Shown: positions 28,922 to 38,194, numbered from the stretch's first letter. The stretch is 55,684 nt of DNA from Candidatus Segetimicrobium genomatis (GCA_005882335.1 VBAP01000004.1:1-55684); one strand, 5' to 3'. Program-made: numbers and translations. Notes: generated by a model not told the origin, from the sequence alone.

Positions 28922-28972
28922 ACTCTACACCGGCCACTTCCCCTTGTCAAGTCCCTTACTATGCGTTAGAAT
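28922..28972. promoter_or_regulatory. Back-to-back doxX and hxlR-like promoters sharing the palindrome TTGTCAA
   Basis: Minus: TTGACA (28950-28945), 17 nt, TAGAGT (28927-28922). Plus: TTGTCA (28944-28949), 17 nt, TAGAAT (28967-28972). Confidence 0.75.
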
Positions 28973-28986
28973 GAGGGTGACCGCCG

Positions 28987-29337
28987 ATGAGCAGGGCTAA
29001 AATCACTCACGAAAATGAAGAGCATGTGTGCCCGCGCTTCCATCGGGCGATCGAGCTGGTGGGCAAGCGCTGGAACGGCGCGGTGATCCGCGCCCTGATG
29101 GACCGCCCCCGGCGCTTCGGGGAGATTCTGGAAGCGGTCCCCGACCTGCATGACCGCCTGCTGTCCGAGCGCCTAAAAGAACTCGAGGCTGAAGAGATCG
29201 TGCAGCGGCGAGTCTACCCGGAAACGCCTGTGCGCATCGAGTACGCGCTCACCGAGCGTGGGCGCGATCTCCAACGGATCCTGGCCGAGGTGGAGCACTG
29301 GGCGCACCGCTGGCTCCCGCAGCCTGTCAAACACTAA
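28987..29337 (+). CDS. HxlR/YodB-family winged-helix regulator
   Basis: CPRF..AIELVGKRW, RFGE, LSERLKELE and PVRIEYALT. Confidence 0.93.
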   Translation: MSRAKITHENEEHVCPRFHRAIELVGKRWNGAVIRALMDRPRRFGEILEAVPDLHDRLLSERLKELEAEEIVQRRVYPETPVRIEYALTERGRDLQRILAEVEHWAHRWLPQPVKH

Positions 29338-29339
29338 CT

Positions 29340-29648
29340 GACGCGTCGTCCAGCGGGAAGAGACGCGGTAGGCGCCTGCGCTGGGCATCTCAGGCGGCGT
29401 GGGCCTGGGACGGCACCGGTGAACTGCTCGGCCCGATGTGGCCGGTGGTGTGGGCGGCTTCGGAACTCCTGACCTCAGCGGACGTGAGACGTGTGCGGCA
29501 ATGTCAGTCCGATGATGGATGCGGGTGGCTCTTCATCGATCGGAGCAAGAACGGCACCCGGCGGTGGTGCAGCATGTCGGTCTGCGGGAACCGCGCGAAA
29601 GCCAGACGGCATTACGAGCGAACCAAGGTGAGCAGGGGAGGCGCGTAA
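29340..29648 (+). pseudogene. 5'-truncated ABATE/CGNR zinc-finger regulator remnant
   Basis: C-x5-C...WCSMSVCGNRAK motif. The frame upstream of ATG 29436 reads RRLRWASQAAWAWDGTGELLGPMWPV, but the N-terminal domain is missing. Confidence 0.7.
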
Positions 29649-29657
29649 ATGCGGCAA

Positions 29658-30575
29658 TCAGCCCAGAAGGAGATCCAGCAGCCGCTGCAGGTCTTCCTCC
29701 GAATAGTACGCCAACGACAGCACGCCCTTGCGACTGGTCCCAACCACAGCGACCTTGGTCCCGTATCTCCTCGAAAGATCCTGTTCTGCACTGCGCAGGT
29801 GTGGATCTTTGGCTCGGGACCGGCCGGGTATTTCACGTGAAATACTCGGCCTCACCAGCGCCTCGGTCTCCCGGACAGACAGTCCGCGACGCTCGACCCG
29901 CGCCCAGACCTTTAGCATGGCCACCTGGCTCCCGGCAGCCATCAGCGCCCGGGCGTGGCCCTCGGTTATCCGGCCCGCGTCCAGGCTGGCCTGCATCTGT
30001 GGTGGAAGTTGCAGCAGCCGCAGCGAGTTTGCGACGGACGGCTGACTCTTGCCGACCCGCTCTGCCACCTGCGCCTGGGTCATTCCAAAGTCGTCAACCA
30101 GCCGGCGGTAGGCTCGCGCCCGTTCCAGGGCCCCCAGATCCTCACGCTGCAGATTCTCCACCAACGCCAGCTCCAGCGCCTCTGGATCCGACAACGGCCG
30201 GATGATGGCAGGAACCGTAGCCTGCCCCGCAGCCTCGGCCGCACGCCAACGACGCTCGCCAGCCACAACCTCAAAACCGTCCGCAACAGGCCGCACCACG
30301 ATCGGCTGAAGCACCCCATGTCTTCGGACGGACTCCACCAGCCCCGCGAACTCTTGTGGATCCATCGCCTGCCGCGGCTGCAACCCGCTTGGCCTGAGAC
30401 GGGAGACCGGGATCTCCGCCGGTCTCTCCACGACCGCGGTCTCCGCCCCAGGAATGAGGGCTCCCAGGCCTCGGCCCAAACCCCGGCGTTGCCCCGCGCC
30501 GGATGGTGCGGGGCGCTGCCCGGTTCTGGAGGTATCGGGACGGCGATTAGCGGGCCGCGACAGGTTCTCCGACAC
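29658..30575 (-). CDS. parB: Chromosome partitioning protein ParB
   Basis: GVLQPIVVR, GERRWRA, ENLQREDL and an HTH; GTG 30575 with AGGAGG. Confidence 0.96.
   Translation of the reverse strand: MSENLSRPANRRPDTSRTGQRPAPSGAGQRRGLGRGLGALIPGAETAVVERPAEIPVSRLRPSGLQPRQAMDPQEFAGLVESVRRHGVLQPIVVRPVADGFEVVAGERRWRAAEAAGQATVPAIIRPLSDPEALELALVENLQREDLGALERARAYRRLVDDFGMTQAQVAERVGKSQPSVANSLRLLQLPPQMQASLDAGRITEGHARALMAAGSQVAMLKVWARVERRGLSVRETEALVRPSISREIPGRSRAKDPHLRSAEQDLSRRYGTKVAVVGTSRKGVLSLAYYSEEDLQRLLDLLLG
29828..29845. promoter_or_regulatory. parS centromere-like site inside parB
   Basis: Perfect palindrome GTATTTCACGTGAAATAC; the parS consensus is TGTTTCACGTGAAACA. Confidence 0.75.
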
Positions 30576-31329
30576 GAGCCGTGACCTCCTCGGCAAGCGC
30601 GACGTAGGCTTCGGCGCCCTTCGACGATGGGTCAAACGTGACCGCCGGCTGGCCAAACGACGGCGCCTCAGCGAGGCGCACGTTGCGCGGGATAACGGTC
30701 TTAAACACCTGACCGTGAAAGTGGCGGCGCACCTCTGCGACCACCTGCTCGGAGAGGTTGGTCCGGCCGTCGTACATTGTCAGCAGCGCGCCGTTGACCC
30801 TCAGACTGGGATTGAGCTGGCGCCGGATCAGTGCCAGGGTGTCAAGGAGCTGAGCCAACCCTTCTAACGCGTAGTACTCGCACTGGATCGGAACGATGAC
30901 TTCATCGGCGGCGGCGAGCGCGTTCAGGGTGAGCAGCCCCAGCGACGGTGGGCAGTCGATAAACACAAAGTCGTACCACTCCTTGACGGCCCGCAGGGCG
31001 TCGCGGAGCCTGTGCTCGCGCGACGGGACACCGACGAGTTCCACTTCGGCGCCGGCCAGGTGGATACTCGATGGGGCAAGATCGAGCCCCTTCACCGGCG
31101 ACGGCATCAGCGCCGAAGCCATGGCCACGCCATTGATGAGAACGTCGTACAGCGAGATGCCCACGGACGCGCGGGAAATCCCAACGCCGCTGGTGGCATG
31201 CGCCTGCGGGTCGCTGTCCACCAGCAAGACGTGTGTCCCGGAAAGGGCGAGAGCAGCGGACACATTGACGGCGGTGGTGGACTTCCCCACGCCGCCTTTC
31301 TGGTTCGCAATGGCGATGACGCGTCCCAT
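30547..31329 (-). CDS. parA: ParA/Soj ATPase
   Basis: NQKGGVGKST, DCPPSLG, IQCEYYALEG and IPRNVRLAEAPS. Confidence 0.97.
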   Translation of the reverse strand: MGRVIAIANQKGGVGKSTTAVNVSAALALSGTHVLLVDSDPQAHATSGVGISRASVGISLYDVLINGVAMASALMPSPVKGLDLAPSSIHLAGAEVELVGVPSREHRLRDALRAVKEWYDFVFIDCPPSLGLLTLNALAAADEVIVPIQCEYYALEGLAQLLDTLALIRRQLNPSLRVNGALLTMYDGRTNLSEQVVAEVRRHFHGQVFKTVIPRNVRLAEAPSFGQPAVTFDPSSKGAEAYVALAEEVTARVGEPVAAR

Positions 31330-31399
31330 CGATCAAACCCCTCATTCGGTAGTGCCGGCGATCTCCCTCCGCACGTCCCGCCAGACGGAACGTAAATCT

Positions 31400-32119
31400 C
31401 TAGAGGCCCAGCGGACGTTTCACGGGCACTCCCGGCCGTCTCGGGTAGGCCGGCGGCGTGGCAGCGACCTTGGTGACTTCCACCACCGCCCGGCGCACGC
31501 CACCCGGCAACTCTGCGTAATGGATCCGCCACTCGCCGCCTCCGAGCAGCGCCGCGGCGCGCCGGCCTGGATCGATTTCCCGCCCCACCCCAGGGCCCTT
31601 GAGCAAAATGGCCTTCCCGCCCACGCGCACGAAGGGGAGGGTGAGTTCACCCAGGGCCGGGAGTGGGGCGACCGCCCGAGCTACGACAACGTCAAACTGC
31701 TCGCGCAGCTTCGGTTGGTGCGCGGCTTCCTCTGCTCGAGAGCCCACAATCGCGACGGAGAGCTCAAGTTCCACTACCGCGACTTCAAGAAACGCGGCCT
31801 TCTTCCAGGCGGCCTCCAGCAACGTCACCACGAGGTCCGGCCGGGCGATCTTGAGCGGAATGCCGGGGAGTCCCCCGCCGCTCCCGACGTCGAGTACAGA
31901 CGCACCTTGCGGGATGCCCGCCTGCACGCACAGCAGCGAGTCCAGAATGTGCAGGCGGACGGCGTCCAGGGGCCGCGTGATTGTCGTCAGCCGGGCCTTC
32001 TTACTCCACTCGGCGAGCAGAGCCAGATAGCGAACGATCTGTTCGCGCTGTCCCGTCGTAAGGGGACGTCCCAGGATGGCTGCCGCGGGCTCCAGCGCCT
32101 CGAAGATCTCACTCGTCAC
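31400..32119 (-). CDS. rsmG: 16S rRNA m7G527 methyltransferase
   Basis: HILDSL, DVGSGGGLPGI, ARAVA and RRPGVP. Confidence 0.95.
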   Translation of the reverse strand: MTSEIFEALEPAAAILGRPLTTGQREQIVRYLALLAEWSKKARLTTITRPLDAVRLHILDSLLCVQAGIPQGASVLDVGSGGGLPGIPLKIARPDLVVTLLEAAWKKAAFLEVAVVELELSVAIVGSRAEEAAHQPKLREQFDVVVARAVAPLPALGELTLPFVRVGGKAILLKGPGVGREIDPGRRAAALLGGGEWRIHYAELPGGVRRAVVEVTKVAATPPAYPRRPGVPVKRPLGL

Positions 32120-32759
32120 TCGTAACCGTCTCAGCCGGCGCCGCGTCCTGCCTTGGCGCGACGACGACGCGTCGTGCCGCTCCCTCCCCGCGGCTAAAGG
32201 TCATGACCTGGGGATGCTCGGCCAGCGTGGTGTGGATGATGCGGCGCTCGAAGGCATCCATCGGTTCGAGTTCAACCTCGACTGCGCGCGCGACACGCTC
32301 GGCCGTCCTGTGTGCGAGTTCTTCCAGCGCCACGCGCCGTCGCTCGCGGTAGCCCTCCACATCCACAACGACGTGTGTTTTGGTACGAGTCTGTCGTGCG
32401 ACCATCAGCCCCAAGAGCAGCTGCACGGCGTCGAGGGTGGCGCCACGCCGCCCGATCAGTGCTCCCAGCCGCTCCCCGCTCACCTGCACGGAGATCAGAT
32501 CGTCCTGCTGGTGCACGCGCACTGTACCGGGGAGCCCCATTTCCTGCAGCAGCCGCGCCATCACCGTGTGCGCGATCGCGCCCGGGTTGCCCTTGAGCGT
32601 AACGCGAACTCGAGCCTCGCGCGCGCCCAGACCGAGCATCCCGCGGGTGCCCGGATCGACGACCTCGACATCGACGTCATCGCGCTCGACGCCAAGCTCC
32701 CCCGCCGCCCTGCCGACCGCCTCCTCTACCGTCCGCCCGGTTGTTTCGACCTGCCTCAT
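32109..32759 (-). CDS. jag: Jag/EloR RNA-binding protein
   Basis: Jag-N (GRTVEEA), KH (LIGRRG) and R3H (ERRIIH) domains. Confidence 0.93.
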   Translation of the reverse strand: MRQVETTGRTVEEAVGRAAGELGVERDDVDVEVVDPGTRGMLGLGAREARVRVTLKGNPGAIAHTVMARLLQEMGLPGTVRVHQQDDLISVQVSGERLGALIGRRGATLDAVQLLLGLMVARQTRTKTHVVVDVEGYRERRRVALEELAHRTAERVARAVEVELEPMDAFERRIIHTTLAEHPQVMTFSRGEGAARRVVVAPRQDAAPAETVTSDE

Positions 32760-33490
32760 CTCTTTTTCGTCCCCTTGGGGCGCTGCGGCAGAAGAGACGG
32801 TAAGGCCTTCTGGGGGGCCGTCCCAGAGGCAAGCGTGGGCCTCGGCCGTCCGACGACCACGAGGTATTCAACCAGATATGCGAGCGTAGAGACGGCCCAG
32901 TAGATCGACAACGCGACCTGAAAGCTCAGTGCGAAGAAGGCGATCATGACGGGCATGAAGATGAACATCCGGGCCTGCTGCGGGTCGGAAATCGTCATCC
33001 GTTGCTGCAAGTACGTGGTGAAACCCACCAGGACGACTATCGCCAACAACACCGGCTGGCGAACGAGGTCGATCAAGCAAGTCGCCGAGAACGGATGCTG
33101 GCACGGTACCTTGTCGAGCACCAAGCCAAGAAAGGTTTCGCCACCGAAAAGATTCGGCCGCCGCAGTGCGCCGAACAGGCCGTACAGCACCGGCAACTGG
33201 ACCAGCTGAGGCAGGCAGCCGGAAAACGGGTTGACGCTGTTGGCGCGGTAGAGATTCATCATCTCTGTGTTCATGGCCCGGGGGTCGTCGCGGTACTTCT
33301 CCCGCAGCACGGCAAGCTGGGGCGCCAACGCCTGCATGGCTTTCATCGACTTCAGCGACTTCCGCGTCAACGGATGCAGGACGAGTTTCATGGCCAGCGT
33401 CAGCAGGATAATGTCGACGCCGTAGTTGGCGATCCAGCCGTGGAACGTGTTCAGAATCTGCACCAGCACGTCCGCGATGGGTTTGATCAA
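32756..33490 (-). CDS. yidC: YidC/Oxa1 membrane insertase, short type
   Basis: YGVDIILLT, KYRDD and NPFSGCLP; no large periplasmic domain. Confidence 0.92.
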   Translation of the reverse strand: MIKPIADVLVQILNTFHGWIANYGVDIILLTLAMKLVLHPLTRKSLKSMKAMQALAPQLAVLREKYRDDPRAMNTEMMNLYRANSVNPFSGCLPQLVQLPVLYGLFGALRRPNLFGGETFLGLVLDKVPCQHPFSATCLIDLVRQPVLLAIVVLVGFTTYLQQRMTISDPQQARMFIFMPVMIAFFALSFQVALSIYWAVSTLAYLVEYLVVVGRPRPTLASGTAPQKALPSLLPQRPKGTKKR

Positions 33491-33523
33491 CTGCGCACGT
33501 CCTCCTCGCTCACCACCGCGCCG

Positions 33524-33736
33524 CTAAGGGACCGGATCATAGCCGCCGGGATTCCACGGATGGCATCGCAGCAAGCGCCGCACCGCCAGCCTCGCTCCCC
33601 GCCAGGGCCCGTGTCGGGCGATGGCCTCCGCCGCGTAGGACGAACACGACGGGGAGAACCGGCAACTCGGCGGCGTGTATGGGGAAATAAATCGCTGGTA
33701 CGCGCGGATCAGTACCAACAGCAGACGGGTCATCAC
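33524..33736 (-). CDS. yidD: Membrane protein insertion efficiency factor
   Basis: [16 protein letters not shown] and GGYDPVP. Confidence 0.96.
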   Translation of the reverse strand: MMTRLLLVLIRAYQRFISPYTPPSCRFSPSCSSYAAEAIARHGPWRGARLAVRRLLRCHPWNPGGYDPVP

Positions 33737-33746
33737 ACCTGCACCA

Positions 33747-34103
33747 CTAGAAACCTTCGCCAGCGCCGCGGACGACCCCCGCCTGCATTAGGAGGTCGCG
33801 CACAGCCTCGCGCAGCGCGGTGAACCGCGCATCGGCTGCCGGGAGGCGAGGCACCAGCACAACGTCGAACCCACCGGCCACTCGATCCTGCTCCAAACGA
33901 ATCGCTTCACGCACACGGCGGCGTACCCGGTTACGCCGCACGGCGCCGCCCGCGCTCCGTCTCACGGAGATGCCGAAGCGCGTCACCGGCAGCCCGTTGG
34001 GCCGCGCGTACAACACGGCCACATCACCGGTCAAGCGCCGGCCCTCACGATATGCCAGGCGGAACGCCGCAGCAGAGCTCAGGGGACGTACCTGCGCCGG
34101 CAA
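33747..34103 (-). CDS. rnpA: Ribonuclease P protein component
   Basis: RFGISV...[13 protein letters not shown] (RNR motif). Confidence 0.92.
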   Translation of the reverse strand: MPAQVRPLSSAAAFRLAYREGRRLTGDVAVLYARPNGLPVTRFGISVRRSAGGAVRRNRVRRRVREAIRLEQDRVAGGFDVVLVPRLPAADARFTALREAVRDLLMQAGVVRGAGEGF

Positions 34104-34124
34104 AATCGCCGCAGCCGGCGCCGC

Positions 34125-34262
34125 CTACACCGTCAGCCGCCAGCGCCCCTTGGCCCTGCGCCGGCGAAGAACGTTGCGGCCGCCAGTCGTGCGGATCCGC
34201 TGCAAGAACCCGTGAGTCTTCTTCCTTCGGTGCGCCTTCGGTTGGTAAGTGCGTTTCGGCAC
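34125..34262 (-). CDS. rpmH: 50S ribosomal protein L34
   Basis: Not in the ORF track. My translation from GTG 34262 is [45 protein letters not shown]. Confidence 0.95.
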   Translation of the reverse strand: MPKRTYQPKAHRRKKTHGFLQRIRTTGGRNVLRRRRAKGRWRLTV

Positions 34263-34295
34263 GTGCCCTCACCCGCGGTCGGAGGAACAGACTCC

Positions 34296-34304
34296 ACTAT
34301 AACA
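34296..34304 (-). promoter_or_regulatory. Extended -10 promoter for the rpmH operon
   Basis: TGTTATAGT on the minus strand, about 34 nt upstream of rpmH. Confidence 0.6.
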
Positions 34305-34339
34305 TAGCCGGAAAAACCGACCCAGCGCGAGCGGAGGGG

Positions 34340-34619
34340 TGTGGATAACCTGGGCACAACCAGGCCCCGTATCCACAGATTCTCCAGAAAGTAACGGCGC
34401 TGTGACGAGCGCACACTCCCAAAACCGCGGGTAGCCCGCGTGGCGGCGCTGAGCCGCCAGCCCTCCGTTCAGACTATCCACAGCATTTTTCATTGCTGTG
34501 GATAACTCCGCGGAGGCGCGCGGATGGCGGATACCATCGCAGCGCCGCGCACCTGTGTTCGGCAGGAAGCATCTCCCGGCTCCACGAACATCGGGTCACT
34601 TCCCCAGGGGCTATCCACA
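34340..34619. other. oriC part 1: upstream DnaA-box cluster
   Basis: TTATCCACA on minus at 34340-34348 and 34497-34505; GTATCCACA 34369-34377; CTATCCACA 34474-34482 and 34611-34619. Confidence 0.88.
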
Positions 34620-34796
34620 GTCGTGGTCACCGTTCGCTCGCTCACGGACTATCGTGAAATGTGCCTCTGCGCGTTTGCCGGGGTAGGACTTTGCGACCCG
34701 GCGGCAAACTTCGGTGACCATCTCACACGTTCAGACGGCGTATGTCTGCGCACCGTCGCCCTGCGGCAGCACCAATTGACCTGACGGAGGGCGGCA

Positions 34797-35564
34797 ATGG
34801 CCGAGTTCTTGCGATCTATCCAGGGCAGCGACGGACCGGCGGACGCCGCCGAGCCAGAAGTCCGGCTCGCCGTGTATGACTCGCCGCTGGCCGCGCCCAG
34901 GGTGGTGTCGCTACGCGGGCGCGAATTCCATGAGTTCGTGGGCGACCTTGCGGCACGCACATACAACTTCGGGCGAGAACGCGGCGGCCGCATCCCGTAC
35001 ATCGTCATCCGGGAGATCATCGAGAACCTGATCCACGCATACTTCCAGGGCGCCGTGATCAGCATCTTGGACGACGGGAACACGATCCGCATCTCTGACC
35101 AGGGACCAGGCGTTCCGGACAAGGAGAAGGCGCTGCAACCCGGGTTCACGACCGCCACGCCCCAGATGCGCCGTCTCATCAAAGGCGTGGGTTCGGGCCT
35201 GCCCGTGGCCAGGGAGCAGCTGGCATTCCTCGGCGGCGCGATCGCCATTGACGACAACCTCACCCGCGGCACTGTCGTCACGCTGACCGTCGGCGCCGAG
35301 AGTCCAAAGGTGTCCCCTCAAGTGCTGGAGCACCCGAGCCGGCCCGAACCCACACCCCGACAAAAGAAGGTCCTCCTGCTCATCGCCGAGCTGGGATCTG
35401 CCGGACCATCGGCGATCGCGAAAGAACTCGCCGTCAGCCAGAGCACGGCCTACCGCGAACTCCATCTCCTGGCGCGCTGGCGGCTCGTGGACAGCAAGGG
35501 TGGTGGAAAGCGCACGCTCACGGAAGAAGGCATCGCGGTCCTGGGCGAGGTCTTTAAACCGTAA
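34797..35564 (+). CDS. GHKL/HATPase-fold ATP-binding protein with C-terminal winged helix
   Basis: N-box REIIEN, G1 DQGPG, GFTT, GVGSGL; w[12 protein letters not shown]...[18 protein letters not shown]; GGAGG RBS; ends 38 nt before dnaA. Confidence 0.88.
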   Translation: MAEFLRSIQGSDGPADAAEPEVRLAVYDSPLAAPRVVSLRGREFHEFVGDLAARTYNFGRERGGRIPYIVIREIIENLIHAYFQGAVISILDDGNTIRISDQGPGVPDKEKALQPGFTTATPQMRRLIKGVGSGLPVAREQLAFLGGAIAIDDNLTRGTVVTLTVGAESPKVSPQVLEHPSRPEPTPRQKKVLLLIAELGSAGPSAIAKELAVSQSTAYRELHLLARWRLVDSKGGGKRTLTEEGIAVLGEVFKP

Positions 35565-35602
35565 CCCATGACCACCAGCACTCATCCCGGGGGGCAACAA
35601 TC

Positions 35603-36899
35603 ATGGCCGTCGACACGTCATCTGCGGTCGGCATCTGGCAGGAAGCGCTCCGCCGCATCGAGAGCCGGCTGAGCAAGCCGACATACGAGTTGTACCTCAA
35701 GAACATGACGCCACTGGCGGTGCGCGGGGACACCTTTGTGTTTTCCGTGCCCAGCCGCCACGCCAAAGAGTGGATCGAGTCGCGACACGCCAGCCTGATA
35801 CACAGCGCGTTGCAGGAAGTGCTGGCGCGCGCCATCACGATTCAACTGACCGTGGTGGAAGACAGCCCGGCCGCACCGGCCCCGGCGGCGCCCGTGCGCG
35901 GACCGGACGGACTCCCGCTGAGCCCCAAGTACACGTTCGATACGTTTGTCATCGGTACGGGCAACCGCTTTGCGCACGCGGCCGCGATGGCCGTGGCGGA
36001 AGCGCCGGCCCGCGCCTACAACCCCTTGTTCATCTACGGCGGCGTGGGTCTCGGCAAGACCCACCTCCTGCAAGCCATCGGGCACCACGTCGTTCACCGT
36101 CAGCAGTTACACCGCGTTGCCTACATCAGCAGTGAGAAGTTTACGAACGAACTGATCAACGCCATCCGGGACGACCGGACGCTGGAGTTCCGCACCAAGT
36201 ACCGGAGCGTCGACGTCCTGCTCATCGATGACATCCAGTTTCTGGCCGGGAAAGAACGGACGCAGGAGGAGTTCTTCCACACCTTCAACACGTTGCACGA
36301 AGCCAGCCGGCAGATCATCAGAGGACCGCCTGCGCTCCCGTTTCGAGTGGGGCCTCATCGCCGACATCCAGCCGCCGGATCTGGAGACGCGCATCGCCAT
36401 TCTGCGCAAGAAAGCCGAACTCGACGGCTTGAGCGTCCCAGACGAAGTTGCGGAATTCATCGCCCAACGCATCCAATCCAACATCCGCGAACTCGAGGGT
36501 GCGCTCGTCCGCGTCGTCGCCTATGCCGGCCTGACCCGCGCCCCCATGACGGTGGAGCTCGCCGCGGAGATCCTCAAAGAATTGCTCCCGGCCTCCGCCA
36601 GCCGACCCGTTACGATCCAGATGATTCAGAAAGCCGCGGCCGAACACTTCGGACTGCGCGTAGAGGAAATGCGGGCAAAGCGTCGCACGAAAGGGATCGC
36701 CTTCCCCAGACAGGTGGCCATGTACCTGGCCCGCGAACTGACAGACGCCTCACTCCCGCGGATCGGCGAGGAGTTCGGCGGCCGCGACCACACGACTGTG
36801 ATGCATGCCTGTGACCGCGTAAAAGAAGCGCTTACGAAGGATACGTATCTCGCCGCGGGCCTGAAGAAACTCGTAGACACTTTACACAACTCCGGGTGA
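35603..36899 (+). CDS. dnaA: Replication initiator DnaA; as given, frameshifted by a deletion at 36320/36321
   Basis: Domains I-III ([19 protein letters not shown]) to ...RQII, then in another frame EDRLRSRF...[11 protein letters not shown]; the conserved [13 protein letters not shown] segment is absent. Confidence 0.95.
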
Positions 36900-37055
36900 T
36901 ATCCGCGCTCGTTGGGGATAGTGTGGATGCGCCCGCGTATCTATCCCCGGGCTATACACACCCCTTTCCCCTTGGTATTGTTAGCGTGCATCGAGTTATC
37001 CACACTATCCACAGCAGTATTACTACTACGTGTAGTTTTATAACTATTAATTCCG
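36880..37055. other. oriC part 2: DnaA boxes, DnaA-trios and AT-rich unwinding element
   Basis: Adjacent TTATCCACA (36996-37004) and CTATCCACA (37005-37013), then GTA TTA CTA CTA (37017-37028), then TAGTTTTATAACTATTAATT. Weaker boxes at 36880, 36913, 36922, 36941 and 36952. Confidence 0.88.
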
Positions 37056-37065
37056 GAGGAAAGCA

Positions 37066-38175
37066 ATGTGGGTAAGTTGTCCACAGACGGCGTTGCTAAA
37101 GGCAGTACAGATTGTAGGACGAGCGGTTTCGACGCGCACGACGATGCCCATTTTAGGCTACATCCTAATGGAGACCCAAAAAGACGGTATCAAACTGACG
37201 GCGACCGATCTGGAACTCGCGATGCAAGTCGAGGTGGCGGCTGAGGTGAAACAAGGCGGTCAGCTGACGTTGCCGGCGCGGATTCTGAACGAGATTGTAG
37301 GTAACTTGCCCGTGGCAACGGTCGAGATTAAGGCGCCGGAAGGAAGTACGCAGGCGGAAATCAGTTGTGAGACGAGCCACTTCGAGATCCTGGGTTTGCC
37401 CGCGACTGATTTTCCCGCCTTGCCGCGTGCGGATGGAGACGCCGTAGGCGAAGTCGATGCCGATGTCGTGCGCATGATGATCAACCAGACCATTTTTGCC
37501 GTTTCCGCGGACGAAACGCGGCCGTTCCTAACCGGAGTATACGCGGTGCTAGATGGTGCGGAGGCCAAGTTCGTCGCAACGGACGGCGGCCGCCTGGCAT
37601 TACGAAAAGTGCAGCTCCCGCGGGCCGCGCGGCAGAAGATCGGGGTGATCGTGCCGGCCAAGGCGATGCAGGAGCTGGCGCGCGCGCTGGCGGGCGTGGA
37701 GGGTGCGGTGCAGCTGGGGATGGCCGACAACCAGTTGGTTTTTACCGTGCCGGGTCTGCGCGTGTACTCCCGGTTGATCAGCGGACAGTTTCCGAACTAC
37801 CAGCAGGTCATCCCGCAGGAGTTTAAGCAACGTATTCGCGTCCAGACCGAGCGCCTGCTGCGCGCCGTACGCCGCGCCTCAATCACGGCGCGGGACTCGG
37901 CGAATGTCGTGCGGCTGCGGGGTGAGGGCAAGAAGCTGACGCTGACGTCGAATACGCCGGAGGTCGGCAAAGCGCGTGAGGAAGTAGAGGTTACCGCCGA
38001 GGGAGAGCCAATCGAGGCGGCGTTCAATGCGCGGTATCTGATGGACTGCCTCAACAACATCGAGGCAGATGAACTGTTCTTCGAACTCACCGGGCCGCTC
38101 AGCCCCGGGGCGATCCGCCCGGCCCACCACAGCGATTACGTCTACGTTCTGGCTCCGGTGAGAGTGTACGCATAA
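37066..38175 (+). CDS. dnaN: DNA polymerase III beta clamp
   Basis: ATDLE, ATDGGRLA, GQFPNYQQVIP and AFNARYL; GGAGG RBS. Confidence 0.97.
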   Translation: MWVSCPQTALLKAVQIVGRAVSTRTTMPILGYILMETQKDGIKLTATDLELAMQVEVAAEVKQGGQLTLPARILNEIVGNLPVATVEIKAPEGSTQAEISCETSHFEILGLPATDFPALPRADGDAVGEVDADVVRMMINQTIFAVSADETRPFLTGVYAVLDGAEAKFVATDGGRLALRKVQLPRAARQKIGVIVPAKAMQELARALAGVEGAVQLGMADNQLVFTVPGLRVYSRLISGQFPNYQQVIPQEFKQRIRVQTERLLRAVRRASITARDSANVVRLRGEGKKLTLTSNTPEVGKAREEVEVTAEGEPIEAAFNARYLMDCLNNIEADELFFELTGPLSPGAIRPAHHSDYVYVLAPVRVYA

Positions 38176-38194
38176 AGGCCAGAGCGTCTATTCC

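Noticed and set aside
31415-31430. Second parS at the rsmG 3' end (GTTTCACGGGCAC)
   Set aside because: Only one half-site matches.
34524-34784. 86-aa ORF upstream of the ATPase-wHTH gene
   Set aside because: It has a GGAGG upstream but no recognisable motif and runs across a DnaA box in origin DNA; not supportable.
36318-36323. Programmed frameshift or intron/intein as explanation of the dnaA break
   Set aside because: No slippery run is present, and conserved residues are missing rather than added, so recoding cannot restore them.
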